From: an uncultured Erysipelotrichaceae bacterium
Lineage (GTDB): Bacteria; Bacillota_I; Bacilli_A; RFN20; CAG-826
Reading direction: 5' to 3'
Length of the DNA stretch: 64,000 nucleotides
NCBI GenBank assembly: GCA_902800645.1
Contig: CADCFC010000001.1
Coordinates: 31,985 to 95,984, forward strand
A program made the position numbers and the translations under genes. The notes under the pieces were generated by a model, which was not told the DNA's origin, ran no database searches, and saw only the letters and a list, made by a program, of their open reading frames with translations. Positions 37,959 through 46,727 of this stretch are shown one piece after another (the first letter of the stretch is position 1; each line of letters begins with the position of its first letter).

Positions 37959-38671
37959 TTAAAGCGATAACATCTAAAGATAATCCAAGAGTTAAATTTG
38001 CCTATTCTTTAAAAGAGAGCAAAAACCGTAAAAAAGAAAAGCTATTTTTAGCGGAGACTTTTAAGTCTTTAGAAATGGCAATCGCTCATCAAAAAGTCGT
38101 AGAAGTTTTTGCTTTAGAGTATGTTGAACTCCCTGAAGATATTCCTTTAAATATCGTCAGCGAAGAAGTCCTAAAAAAATTATCAAGTAATGTAAATCCT
38201 GAAGGGGTTGTTTTCATTGCTAAAATGGATGAAGAAGAGGTTAAAGGTGCTAATAAGATTCTCTATTTAGACGAGATTAATGATCCTGGTAATTTAGGAA
38301 CCTTAATTCGCACCGCTTTAGCCTTTAGTTATGATTTAGTTATAGTCTCTGAGAATTCAGTTTCTCCATATAATGAAAAAGTAGTGAATTCCTCTAAAGG
38401 TGCGATATTTGCTATTCCTGTTAGAAAAGGAAAATTATCAGATTATAAAGGAACGCATCAAATTATTGTCTCCGCTCTATCAAACAGAGCAAAGAATTTA
38501 GATGAGATAAAAGTTATAGATAAGTTTGTACTAGTTCTTGGAAATGAGAGTCGTGGTGTATCATCTTCTACTCTCCGGTTAGCGGATTTAGAAGTGAAGA
38601 TTCCAATTGCTAACATAGATTCGCTTAATGTCGCTGTTGCCGGTGGAATCTTAATGAATAAAATTCATTAA
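37955..38671 (+). CDS. TrmH/SpoU-family RNA 2'-O-methyltransferase (YsgA-like)
   Basis: 238 aa with SpoU motifs (DEINDPGNLGTLIRTA, LVLGNESRGVS, IPIANIDSLNVAVA). It sits upstream of pheST, as ysgA does in Bacillus. Confidence 0.8.
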   Translation: MIKAITSKDNPRVKFAYSLKESKNRKKEKLFLAETFKSLEMAIAHQKVVEVFALEYVELPEDIPLNIVSEEVLKKLSSNVNPEGVVFIAKMDEEEVKGANKILYLDEINDPGNLGTLIRTALAFSYDLVIVSENSVSPYNEKVVNSSKGAIFAIPVRKGKLSDYKGTHQIIVSALSNRAKNLDEIKVIDKFVLVLGNESRGVSSSTLRLADLEVKIPIANIDSLNVAVAGGILMNKIH

Positions 38672-38710
38672 TAAATAACACTAAAGTGTTAAATCTAGTA
38701 TACATATAAA

Positions 38711-38747
38711 AGGGGAAATGAAATTATATTTCAAATCTCCTTTTTTT
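38711..38747 (+). terminator. Intrinsic terminator after the TrmH-family gene
   Basis: Imperfect 14-bp hairpin AGGGGAAATGAAAT-tat-ATTTCAAATCTCCT followed by T7. Confidence 0.55.
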
Positions 38748-38787
38748 GCGATATACTTTATTCTTGAGTTTACAAAGGTATTTACAT

Positions 38788-39825
38788 ATGGAAAATCAAA
38801 ACATCAATGAAATTTATGAAAATGCGATGAGTGAGATTAATGAGTCTTCTACCAGTGAGAAACTCGCTGAGCTCAAAATCAAATTCCTCGCTAAAAAAAG
38901 TGTCTTGATGTCTCTTCTTTCCTCTTTGGGCAGTTTACCTCCAGAAGAAAGAAAAGAATTCGGACTAAAACTTAATGAGACAAAAGCCAAGATTGCTGAG
39001 GCAATCAGTAAAAAAGAAGAAGAACTTCGTAAAGAAGAACTAGCTAAAAAACTCGCTAGTGAAACAATTGATATTTCTTTGCCAAGTAGAAAAAGAGAAT
39101 TAGGCGGTCAAAATCCTTTCTATGTTGTAAAAGATGAAATCACCGATATTTTCCTTAACATGGGTTTTGAAGTTGCAGATGGTCCGGAAGTGGAAACTGA
39201 TTTATTTAACTTTGAACTTTTAAACATTCCTCAAGATCACCCTGCTAGAGATATGCAAGATACCTTTTATATTTCCGATAGTGTTCTTTTAAGAACACAC
39301 ACATCACCTGTTCAAGCTCATACAATGCAAAACGCGAACGGTAAACCAATCAGAATCATTTGCCCTGGAAAAACATATCGTCGAGATGATGATGATGCGA
39401 CTCATTCACATCAATTTGCTCAAATTGAAGGGCTTGTAATCGATAAAGATATTAATATTGGTCACTTAAAAGCTACTCTTGAACTCTTTGCAAAAAAGAT
39501 GTTTGGCGAGAAGCGTGAAATTAGATTAAGACCTTCCTATTTCCCATTTACTGAACCAAGTGTTGAAGTTGATATCACATGTGCTAATTGTGATGGCAAA
39601 GGTTGCTCTATGTGTAAAGGAACCGGCTATATAGAAATCCTTGGTGGTGGAATGGTTCATCCAAACGTTTTAAAGATGAATGGATATGATCCAGATATTT
39701 ATAGTGGTTTTGCTTTTGGCATTGGAATTGAAAGAGTTGCGATTCTTCGTTATGGAATCGATGATATCCGTAAATTCTATCAAAACGATGTAAGATTCTT
39801 ACATCAATATCGTAAAAAAGCTTAA
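38788..39825 (+). CDS. pheS: Phenylalanyl-tRNA synthetase alpha subunit
   Basis: Class II motifs are present (FTEPSVEVD, GFAFGIGIERVA). I set the start at the ATG at 38788 (MENQNINEIY); the upstream 14 codons overlap the terminator and promoter region. Confidence 0.95.
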   Translation: MENQNINEIYENAMSEINESSTSEKLAELKIKFLAKKSVLMSLLSSLGSLPPEERKEFGLKLNETKAKIAEAISKKEEELRKEELAKKLASETIDISLPSRKRELGGQNPFYVVKDEITDIFLNMGFEVADGPEVETDLFNFELLNIPQDHPARDMQDTFYISDSVLLRTHTSPVQAHTMQNANGKPIRIICPGKTYRRDDDDATHSHQFAQIEGLVIDKDINIGHLKATLELFAKKMFGEKREIRLRPSYFPFTEPSVEVDITCANCDGKGCSMCKGTGYIEILGGGMVHPNVLKMNGYDPDIYSGFAFGIGIERVAILRYGIDDIRKFYQNDVRFLHQYRKKA

Positions 39826-39843
39826 GGAAAGGAGAAGGTAGAT

Positions 39844-42234
39844 ATGTTAGTCAGTTTAAAAACATTAAAGAACTATGTTGATATTTCTAATCTCGACGCA
39901 AAAGAAATCGCTAACGGTTTAACTTTTGCTGGCATTGAAGTTGAAGAAGTTACTTCTTTAGCGAGTGGTACTGGTTTAAGAATTGGACACATTGATGAAT
40001 GCGTTCCTCATCCTGATAGTGATCATCTCCACGTCCTTAAAGTTAATTTTGGTGATGAAGTCAAACAGATTGTTTGTGGCGCTCCTAATGCTAGAAGTGG
40101 TTTAAATGTTATCGTTGCTACTATTGGCGCTAAACTCCCTGGAGGAGAAATTAAACCAACAACCATTAGAGGAGTTGAATCTAATGGAATGTGCTGTTCC
40201 TTACTTGAACTTGGGGTGGACGCCAAATATTTAAATGAAAATCAAACAAAAGGAATCGAAGAATTACCTAGTGACGCTCCTATTGGAGAAAGAGATGTTT
40301 TAGGATATTTAGGACTCGATGATAGCGTCTTAAATCTTAAGATTTTGGCAAACCGTCCAGACTTATTATCTTTATATAATGTCGCTAGAGAAATCGGTGC
40401 TATTTTTAATCGTAAAGTTAATATCCCAACTTATGAAGTTAAAGACAATTTCAAAACTGACTTAGTAGTGGGAAGTAAAACTAGTAGATGTTCTCAATTC
40501 TCAGGCAGAGAAATTAGAGGAATCGTTACTAAAGAATCTCCAAAATATATCAAAGAATCCTTAATGGCGATGGGCGTTAGAAGCATCAACAATATTGTCG
40601 ATATTGGTAACTATGTCATGCTTTTAACAGGTCAGCCATTGCACATGTACGATTTAGATAAACTCAGTAAGCATGAATTAATCGCTAAAGATGATTTAAG
40701 TGTGGAATTTGTCGCCTTAGATGAAAAGACCTATAAGATCATTCCTGGTGATATTGTTATTACAAGTAATAATCATGCGATGTGCTTAGGTGGAGTGATG
40801 GGATCACTTGAATGTGCAGTTGATGCAAACACTAAGAATATTTATATTGAGGCCGCTTCTTTTGATGGAGCGAGCGTTCGTCATACATCTAGTAGACTAG
40901 GTTTAGCGAGTGAATCATCCTCCCGCTTTGTTAAAGGAACAAATCATTTCCAAGCTGAGGAAGTCATTAATTTTGCTTCTTACTTAATTAAAGAAAATTG
41001 TGACGCAAAAGAATTTTCTAATATCGTCACTTATCAAAGTGAGCAAAAAATTGATTCAGTATTATCTTGTTCAACAAAAAGAATTAATAATCGTTTAGGA
41101 ACAGAATTTAACGAGAAAGATATTAAGGATGTATTGTCCAGATTATCTTTTAAGATAAAAGAAATTAACGAAGATGAATTTGAAGTAACAGTTCCTACTT
41201 TTAGACTTGATGTTACTTGTGAAGCTGATATCTCTGAAGAAGTTATTAGATTGCTCGGTTTTAGTAATGTTAAAAGCGTTTTACCAACACTTGAAGTTAA
41301 AGTTGGTGGTCTCTCATTAAGACAATCCCGTCTTAGAAAAATTAGAGAGATGTTACTCGCAACTGGTTTAGATGAATGCCTAACTTACTCCTTGTTAAGT
41401 AAAGATAACGCAACTAAGTTTAATTTATTAAATGATGAAGAACATTATGAACTTCTCAATCCATTAACTGATGAAAGGGAAGTATTTAGAACTCATATCT
41501 TATATTCACTTTTAGAAAGTGCAAGTTATAACGTTAATCGTCAAAATCGCGATCTTGCTTTATTTGAAACTAGTAACATGATGTCAAAAGTTTCTCGAAG
41601 TGAACATTTAGCGGCAGTGCTTGTTGGAAATGAACTTAATCGTGAACTAATGAATAAGACCCCATATGATTTTTATCATATGAAAGGTGTTGTGGAAGAC
41701 ATATTTACACTTTTAGGAATCGAATCTTCAAGATATAGATTTGAAAGATATGAATCAAATAAAGAAGAACTTCATCCTGGTAAATCCGCTAGAATTATTT
41801 TTCAAAATATAACGATTGGTGTTTTTGGTGAACTACATCCTAACGCCAAAAAGGAACTTGGCTTTAATAAAACTAATGTTGTCGCTTTAGAAATGGATTT
41901 AGAACCAATTTTAGAAAGCAAAGTCTCTATTAGTAAGATGACTCCAATTTCTAAATTCCCAACCGTTTCTCGTGATCTCGCCTTCATCATTAAAAAAGAG
42001 GTGAGTGCAGCCGATATTCTTAAAGTTATTAAGAAAAATGGTTTAGGAATATTAAAAGAGGCGAAAATATTCGACGTATATGAAGGTGAAAATATCTTTA
42101 AAGATAGTAAGAGCGTCGCGATTACGATGACGTTTGGTAAAGAAGGCACATTAGTCGATAAAGAGATTAATGATGTCTTAGTGAGAATTAAATATGAATT
42201 ATCTCACGCCTTTGATGTCGAGTTTAGAATGTAA
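39844..42234 (+). CDS. pheT: Phenylalanyl-tRNA synthetase beta subunit
   Basis: 796 aa with an N-terminal tRNA-binding OB domain, B3/4, B5 and FDX-ACB domains. A GGAAAGGAGAAGG RBS is present. Confidence 0.95.
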   Translation: MLVSLKTLKNYVDISNLDAKEIANGLTFAGIEVEEVTSLASGTGLRIGHIDECVPHPDSDHLHVLKVNFGDEVKQIVCGAPNARSGLNVIVATIGAKLPGGEIKPTTIRGVESNGMCCSLLELGVDAKYLNENQTKGIEELPSDAPIGERDVLGYLGLDDSVLNLKILANRPDLLSLYNVAREIGAIFNRKVNIPTYEVKDNFKTDLVVGSKTSRCSQFSGREIRGIVTKESPKYIKESLMAMGVRSINNIVDIGNYVMLLTGQPLHMYDLDKLSKHELIAKDDLSVEFVALDEKTYKIIPGDIVITSNNHAMCLGGVMGSLECAVDANTKNIYIEAASFDGASVRHTSSRLGLASESSSRFVKGTNHFQAEEVINFASYLIKENCDAKEFSNIVTYQSEQKIDSVLSCSTKRINNRLGTEFNEKDIKDVLSRLSFKIKEINEDEFEVTVPTFRLDVTCEADISEEVIRLLGFSNVKSVLPTLEVKVGGLSLRQSRLRKIREMLLATGLDECLTYSLLSKDNATKFNLLNDEEHYELLNPLTDEREVFRTHILYSLLESASYNVNRQNRDLALFETSNMMSKVSRSEHLAAVLVGNELNRELMNKTPYDFYHMKGVVEDIFTLLGIESSRYRFERYESNKEELHPGKSARIIFQNITIGVFGELHPNAKKELGFNKTNVVALEMDLEPILESKVSISKMTPISKFPTVSRDLAFIIKKEVSAADILKVIKKNGLGILKEAKIFDVYEGENIFKDSKSVAITMTFGKEGTLVDKEINDVLVRIKYELSHAFDVEFRM

Positions 42235-42719
42235 TGAAAATAAATCGTTACTTATTTAAGAATAAAGATTATGTCGCTAGTGATGACATCGTCTTTTCTA
42301 GTGAGCATTTAGATCCATCACACATAAAAGAAATATCCTCTTGTCACGTCGAAGTTACCGGACAAGATTATGACGAACTTTTAGTCCTTCATTTTAAGAT
42401 TGATGCGGAAGTAATAGGAGTATGCTCCTATTCTTTAGAAGATGTTCCATTAACTGTTAAAATTGATACAACTTTAAATTTTTCTTTTGATGAAGAAGAT
42501 GAAGATATTATTCATATCGATAATCCTATCTTTGATATCGATGAAGTTGTTTATTCACTTATCGTCAGCGAAGTCCCTCTTAAAATTGTTAAAAAAGGCG
42601 CTAAACTTCCAAATAGTGGAAATGGCTATCGAGTGATGAGTGAAGAGGAATATAAAAAAGAAAACGAAAAAAAGACTGATTCAAGATGGTCGAAATTAGA
42701 TAACATTGAACTAGATTAA
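42234..42719 (+). CDS. YceD/DUF177-family protein (ribosome maturation associated)
   Basis: 161 aa, acidic, with a pattern like DUF177 (V.G....C.YSLEDVP...I......F...DIDEVVYSLIVSEVPLK). No rpmF follows it here. Confidence 0.5.
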   Translation: MKINRYLFKNKDYVASDDIVFSSEHLDPSHIKEISSCHVEVTGQDYDELLVLHFKIDAEVIGVCSYSLEDVPLTVKIDTTLNFSFDEEDEDIIHIDNPIFDIDEVVYSLIVSEVPLKIVKKGAKLPNSGNGYRVMSEEEYKKENEKKTDSRWSKLDNIELD

Positions 42720-42733
42720 AGGAGAAGATTAAT

Positions 42734-43654
42734 ATGAGTTCATTTAAAGATTTAAGGATAGTTGATAATTTTTATCAAACTAGTGCATTTTTTCCGATGC
42801 CTACTTTATTAATTTCAACATTAGATGAAGAAGGCAACACAACTTTAGGAGCGTATTCTTTATGCTTCCCATATTACATAGCAGGAAAAGATTATTATGC
42901 GATGATTTTAGAATGCCGTAATAGCTCTAACACTGCACAAAATATTTTAAGAACTGGAAAATGTGCTCTTAATTTTATTGAGGATAGTCGCAAAGATTTT
43001 GCAACAGCGGTGAAGCTAGGCTTCCCAGGAGAAACACCTAAAGAGAAGATGGCAAAATCAACATTTAAACTTGAAAAGGGACAAGCAGAAGGAGAGCGAC
43101 CAGAAGTCATTTCAACTGCTTATCAAGTGTTTGAATGCACATGGGATGATTCCTTAGAAGATGCTTATTTAGATAAATCTAAAATCGGTCAATTAGAAGG
43201 GATTGAAGGACCATATCGTAACTTCAATGGAGTTACTTCTAAATTCGGCTGTCATTTCATTTTAAAAATCGACAAGATCTTGATGAAAGAAAAATATTGG
43301 AACGCGATTATTAATGGAGTTAAAGCAAATAACTTCCCAAAAGTTCCTGTAGATTATGGATATCGCGATAGCACTTATTTCTGGTATACAAGATTTAAAA
43401 GTAGACCAATCAAAGAACCAATTCCTGCTGGAAAAGAAGCGAATATCGATAGTGTGATGTACGCGGCCAATCGTATCGATGATAAGATCAAATTCACAAA
43501 AGAAGCTTGCCAAATGATAGTAAAGATTCCTCGTGTTTTCCTTAAAGCAGCCTTAACTCAAATGGTGGATTACGCTAGGGATAAGGGCTGGACATTAATT
43601 GATGTCGAACAGATGAAAGAAATTCGAGATAAACGTAATAAAGAAAAGCATTAA
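42734..43654 (+). CDS. Flavin-reductase-like (FMN-binding split-barrel) domain protein with extra C-terminal domain
   Basis: 306 aa. The N-terminal FPMPTLLISTLDEEGNTTLGAYS resembles the Flavin_Reduct signature. The C-terminal ~100 aa is unassigned. Confidence 0.4.
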   Translation: MSSFKDLRIVDNFYQTSAFFPMPTLLISTLDEEGNTTLGAYSLCFPYYIAGKDYYAMILECRNSSNTAQNILRTGKCALNFIEDSRKDFATAVKLGFPGETPKEKMAKSTFKLEKGQAEGERPEVISTAYQVFECTWDDSLEDAYLDKSKIGQLEGIEGPYRNFNGVTSKFGCHFILKIDKILMKEKYWNAIINGVKANNFPKVPVDYGYRDSTYFWYTRFKSRPIKEPIPAGKEANIDSVMYAANRIDDKIKFTKEACQMIVKIPRVFLKAALTQMVDYARDKGWTLIDVEQMKEIRDKRNKEKH

Positions 43655-43680
43655 CTTTCTTTGAAAGTTATAGTACAAAG

Positions 43681-43706
43681 AGCCTGAAGGAATCAGGCTT
43701 TTTTCT
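43681..43706 (+). terminator. Intrinsic terminator
   Basis: AGCCTGA-aggaa-TCAGGCT followed by T6. Confidence 0.65.
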
Positions 43707-43734
43707 TTATCTTATGTTTTCTTTTATTTTTCTG

Positions 43735-43763
43735 TTGCGTATATCTAGTTTTTGTCTTACAAT
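43735..43763 (+). promoter_or_regulatory. Sigma-70-type promoter of the mraZ operon
   Basis: TTGCGT, 17 nt, then TACAAT. The predicted TSS is about 43770, immediately before the MraZ boxes. Confidence 0.5.
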
Positions 43764-43770
43764 ATAGTCA

Positions 43771-43797
43771 CAAGTGGTAAAAAGTGGGAGAAAGTGG
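43771..43797 (+). promoter_or_regulatory. MraZ operator: three direct AAAGTGG-type boxes with a 10-nt period
   Basis: cAAGTGG-taa-AAAGTGG-gag-AAAGTGG at 43771, 43781 and 43791, ending 5 nt before the mraZ ATG. Confidence 0.6.
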
Positions 43798-43802
43798 TAA
43801 AG

Positions 43803-44240
43803 ATGTATTTCGGTAGTTACGAACACTCTTTAGATAACAAAGGTCGTTTACTTATTCCTTCTCGATTAAAAGATGGATTAAGCGAAGGCTCCGCTTTATA
43901 TATCATGCAAGGCTTTGATGGATGTTTATCTGTCTATAATCAAAATGGATTTGATGAACTTACAAAAAAGTGTTCCTCTCTCTCATATCAAAAGAAAGCA
44001 AGCAGAGATTATCTGAGAACTCTTCTATCTTCAGTCACCCCTCTATACATCGATAAAGTTGGAAGAGTTCAATTACCTGCTTATACCTTGAACAAATATC
44101 AAATCGGTAAAGAAGTAATGATTATCGGGGTAGGAGATCACTTCGAAATCTGGGATTTAAAGAAATTCCAAGAATATCAAAAAGACGCTCAATCTCATTT
44201 TGAAGAGATTGCTGAGAACTTAGATACTAAAGATGAATAA
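43803..44240 (+). CDS. mraZ: Transcriptional regulator MraZ
   Basis: MYFGSYEHSLDNKGRLLIPSRL... with duplicated SpoVT/AbrB-like halves. I set the start at the ATG at 43803, because the tracked ORF extends 17 codons upstream across the operator. Confidence 0.9.
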   Translation: MYFGSYEHSLDNKGRLLIPSRLKDGLSEGSALYIMQGFDGCLSVYNQNGFDELTKKCSSLSYQKKASRDYLRTLLSSVTPLYIDKVGRVQLPAYTLNKYQIGKEVMIIGVGDHFEIWDLKKFQEYQKDAQSHFEEIAENLDTKDE

Positions 44241-45162
44241 CGTTCATATTCCAGTCCTACTAAATGAAACGATAGAAGGACTAAACATTAAAAAAGATGG
44301 CATATATCTCGATTTAACTCTTGGAAGAGCGGGACACAGTAGTGAAATACTCTCTCGACTTTCTACTAAAGGATTATTAATCGGCGTTGATCAAGATGAT
44401 GAAGCGATTAACTATAGCGATTCTAGATTAAGTAAGATTGGTAATAACTATAAATTAGTTAGAAGTAACTTCGTAAATATCGATGAAATCTTAAAAGATT
44501 TACAAATTGAAAAAGTAGATGGCATCCTCATGGATTTAGGAGTTAGCTCCCCACAATTCGATGATGAAAACCGTGGCTTCTCCTATCGATTCGATAGCGA
44601 ACTTGATATGAGGATGGATAAGAGAAATCCATTAACCGCTAAAAGAGTGGTAAATGAATATTCTCTAGAAGATCTCACCAGAATCTTTAGTGAATATGGT
44701 GAAGAAAAATACTCGTATTCAATCGCTAAAAACATTGTTAAAGCGAGAGAAAATAAAGAGATTCAAACAACGTTTGAACTAGTTGACATCATTAAGCATA
44801 GTAAGCCGATGAAAGAGCTGAGCAAAGTAGGACATCCTGCTAAACAAGTATTTCAAGCTCTTAGAATCGAAGTTAATAATGAAATCAATGTTCTAAAAGA
44901 AACGCTTACTAAATGCTTATCTCACCTTAATAAAGGTGGACGCTTAGCGGTTATCACCTTCCATTCTGGAGAAGACAAAATCGTTAAACATTTATTTAAA
45001 GAATTAACAGTAGTGGTTGGTAATCGATATGACTTACCACTAGTTAACGAAAAGAAAGAATTTACTCTTATTACTAAAAAAGGCATAAAGCCTAGTGAAA
45101 GTGAAATTGAAAATAATCATCGATCTATCAGTAGTACCTTACGAATCATCGAAAAGAATTAG
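44233..45162 (+). CDS. rsmH: 16S rRNA (cytosine1402-N4)-methyltransferase
   Basis: 309 aa with HIPVLLNETIEGL, DLTLGRAGHS and DLGVSSPQFD motifs. Confidence 0.9.
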   Translation: MNNVHIPVLLNETIEGLNIKKDGIYLDLTLGRAGHSSEILSRLSTKGLLIGVDQDDEAINYSDSRLSKIGNNYKLVRSNFVNIDEILKDLQIEKVDGILMDLGVSSPQFDDENRGFSYRFDSELDMRMDKRNPLTAKRVVNEYSLEDLTRIFSEYGEEKYSYSIAKNIVKARENKEIQTTFELVDIIKHSKPMKELSKVGHPAKQVFQALRIEVNNEINVLKETLTKCLSHLNKGGRLAVITFHSGEDKIVKHLFKELTVVVGNRYDLPLVNEKKEFTLITKKGIKPSESEIENNHRSISSTLRIIEKN

Positions 45163-45176
45163 AAAGGAGAAAGAAA

Positions 45177-45407
45177 ATGGTAAAGAACAAACTCTACAAA
45201 CACCACAAGAGCAAAGCAGCGTTATTGATGCGTAATTTTACCATTGGATTTTCTTCACTTCTCATGATTTTAGGATTAGCGGCAATTCCAACCTACATTT
45301 CCGCATCGAATGTATCGGAAGCAAAAGCTAATGAAACGCTTAAAGAAGAAGACGATAGTGGTGAAAAAGAAAAAGAAAGCGAACTTCTTCACATTAATTT
45401 GGATTAA
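45177..45407 (+). CDS. Small single-pass membrane protein in the ftsL position
   Basis: 76 aa with a basic N-terminus, one TM helix and an acidic tail. An AGGAGAAAG RBS is present. It has no leucine-zipper pattern, so I do not call it FtsL. Confidence 0.4.
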   Translation: MVKNKLYKHHKSKAALLMRNFTIGFSSLLMILGLAAIPTYISASNVSEAKANETLKEEDDSGEKEKESELLHINLD

Positions 45408-45435
45408 ACAAGATTCCCCCTCTTGTTGTAATTGG

Positions 45436-45465
45436 GTCTAGGGCAACCTAGACTTTTCTTTTTCT
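45436..45465 (+). terminator. Intrinsic terminator separating mraZ-rsmH from ftsAZ
   Basis: GTCTAGG-gcaa-CCTAGAC followed by TTTTCTTTTT. Confidence 0.55.
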
Positions 45466-45516
45466 TTATTAACAAATTATTGTTAATGAAAAAGATGTAG
45501 AGTAGAATAGATTAGT

Positions 45517-46713
45517 ATGAAAAAAGTGTCCATCGCTCTAGAAATATCTCATAAGTTCATCAAAGTTGCTCTAGGTTACGTTCAAGAAGAGCAAGTTTTT
45601 GTAACTTTTGTAAAGAAATATCCAATTAATCATTTATTAGAAGATGGATCAATTATTGAAAAGAGTGAACTTATTAAAGAGTTATCTAAGATTAATCCAG
45701 TTGTGGATCAAGAATATCATGTTAATCAGCTAATTAATCGCGTCTCTTTAATCCTTCCTCCTCATGGACTTGAAGTATATAGAACTAAACAGATGACTTC
45801 TGTTGTTTCTCCTGAAAGAATTATTGGAGAACTTGATATTAATAATATTTATAATATTATTCGTAATAAGAAATTGCCTGTTGATAACGAATTAATTGAT
45901 ATCATTCCTGAAGCTTTTGTGATTGATAACGGTAACGTATACACTCAAGCGCCTCTAGGAAAAGTAAGCTCTGCTGTTACCGCTCACGTTAAAGTTCATA
46001 CTGTCCCAAGAAGAATCAACGCTGAATATAGTGAAGTAGTGAAAAACGCTAATATTCAAATCTCTCGTAAGATTGTTTCTACTTTTGCTATTAGTGAATT
46101 ACTCGCTTCATATAATGACATGCCAAAAATTTACTTCTTAGTAGATATTGGCAGTGATTCTACTTCTGTCTCCTTAATTGGAAATAATCAATTATATGCG
46201 ACAAGAACATTCTTTTGGGGTGGAGATAATATCACAGATCGAATTGTTAGTAGCTTCAATATTTCAGAAGTTGAAGCCGAAAAGATTAAAATTTTATACG
46301 GCTTAGATAAACGCGATATTAAATTCGATTACTCAGTTTGTAAAACTGAAACACCTGAAGGAGTCTTCCATCATCACGTCAATGAACTCAATAATATTAT
46401 CGAAGTTGAACTCGATGAATTCTTTAGGGCCTTTAACACTGCGATAGAAGATTTAGCGATTACTTATAAAGTCGCTAATTATCGCGACCTCCCAATCTAT
46501 TTGATTGGTGGGACATCACGTTTAAAAGGGATTATCCCATATTTAGAAAGTAAAGAAACATACAAAAACTTTACTAAAATTGTTCCTCATTCTTTAGGAG
46601 CAAGAGATCCTAGCTTATTCGCTTTACTTGGTGCAATCCTCGTAGAGCATAAATATCCAAATACCTCTAGTTTAGAAAAAGCAACGAGCGTCACAGTTAC
46701 TAGAGAAGAATAA
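45517..46713 (+). CDS. ftsA: Divergent FtsA-like actin-family division protein
   Basis: 398 aa with FtsA-like topology (FLVDIGSDSTSVSL, WGGDNITDRI, YLIGGTSRLKGI) directly upstream of ftsZ. The phosphate-1 motif is degenerate (ALEISHKF instead of LDIGTS) and there is no obvious C-terminal amphipathic helix. Confidence 0.7.
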   Translation: MKKVSIALEISHKFIKVALGYVQEEQVFVTFVKKYPINHLLEDGSIIEKSELIKELSKINPVVDQEYHVNQLINRVSLILPPHGLEVYRTKQMTSVVSPERIIGELDINNIYNIIRNKKLPVDNELIDIIPEAFVIDNGNVYTQAPLGKVSSAVTAHVKVHTVPRRINAEYSEVVKNANIQISRKIVSTFAISELLASYNDMPKIYFLVDIGSDSTSVSLIGNNQLYATRTFFWGGDNITDRIVSSFNISEVEAEKIKILYGLDKRDIKFDYSVCKTETPEGVFHHHVNELNNIIEVELDEFFRAFNTAIEDLAITYKVANYRDLPIYLIGGTSRLKGIIPYLESKETYKNFTKIVPHSLGARDPSLFALLGAILVEHKYPNTSSLEKATSVTVTREE

Positions 46714-46727
46714 AGGAGATATAGCTT

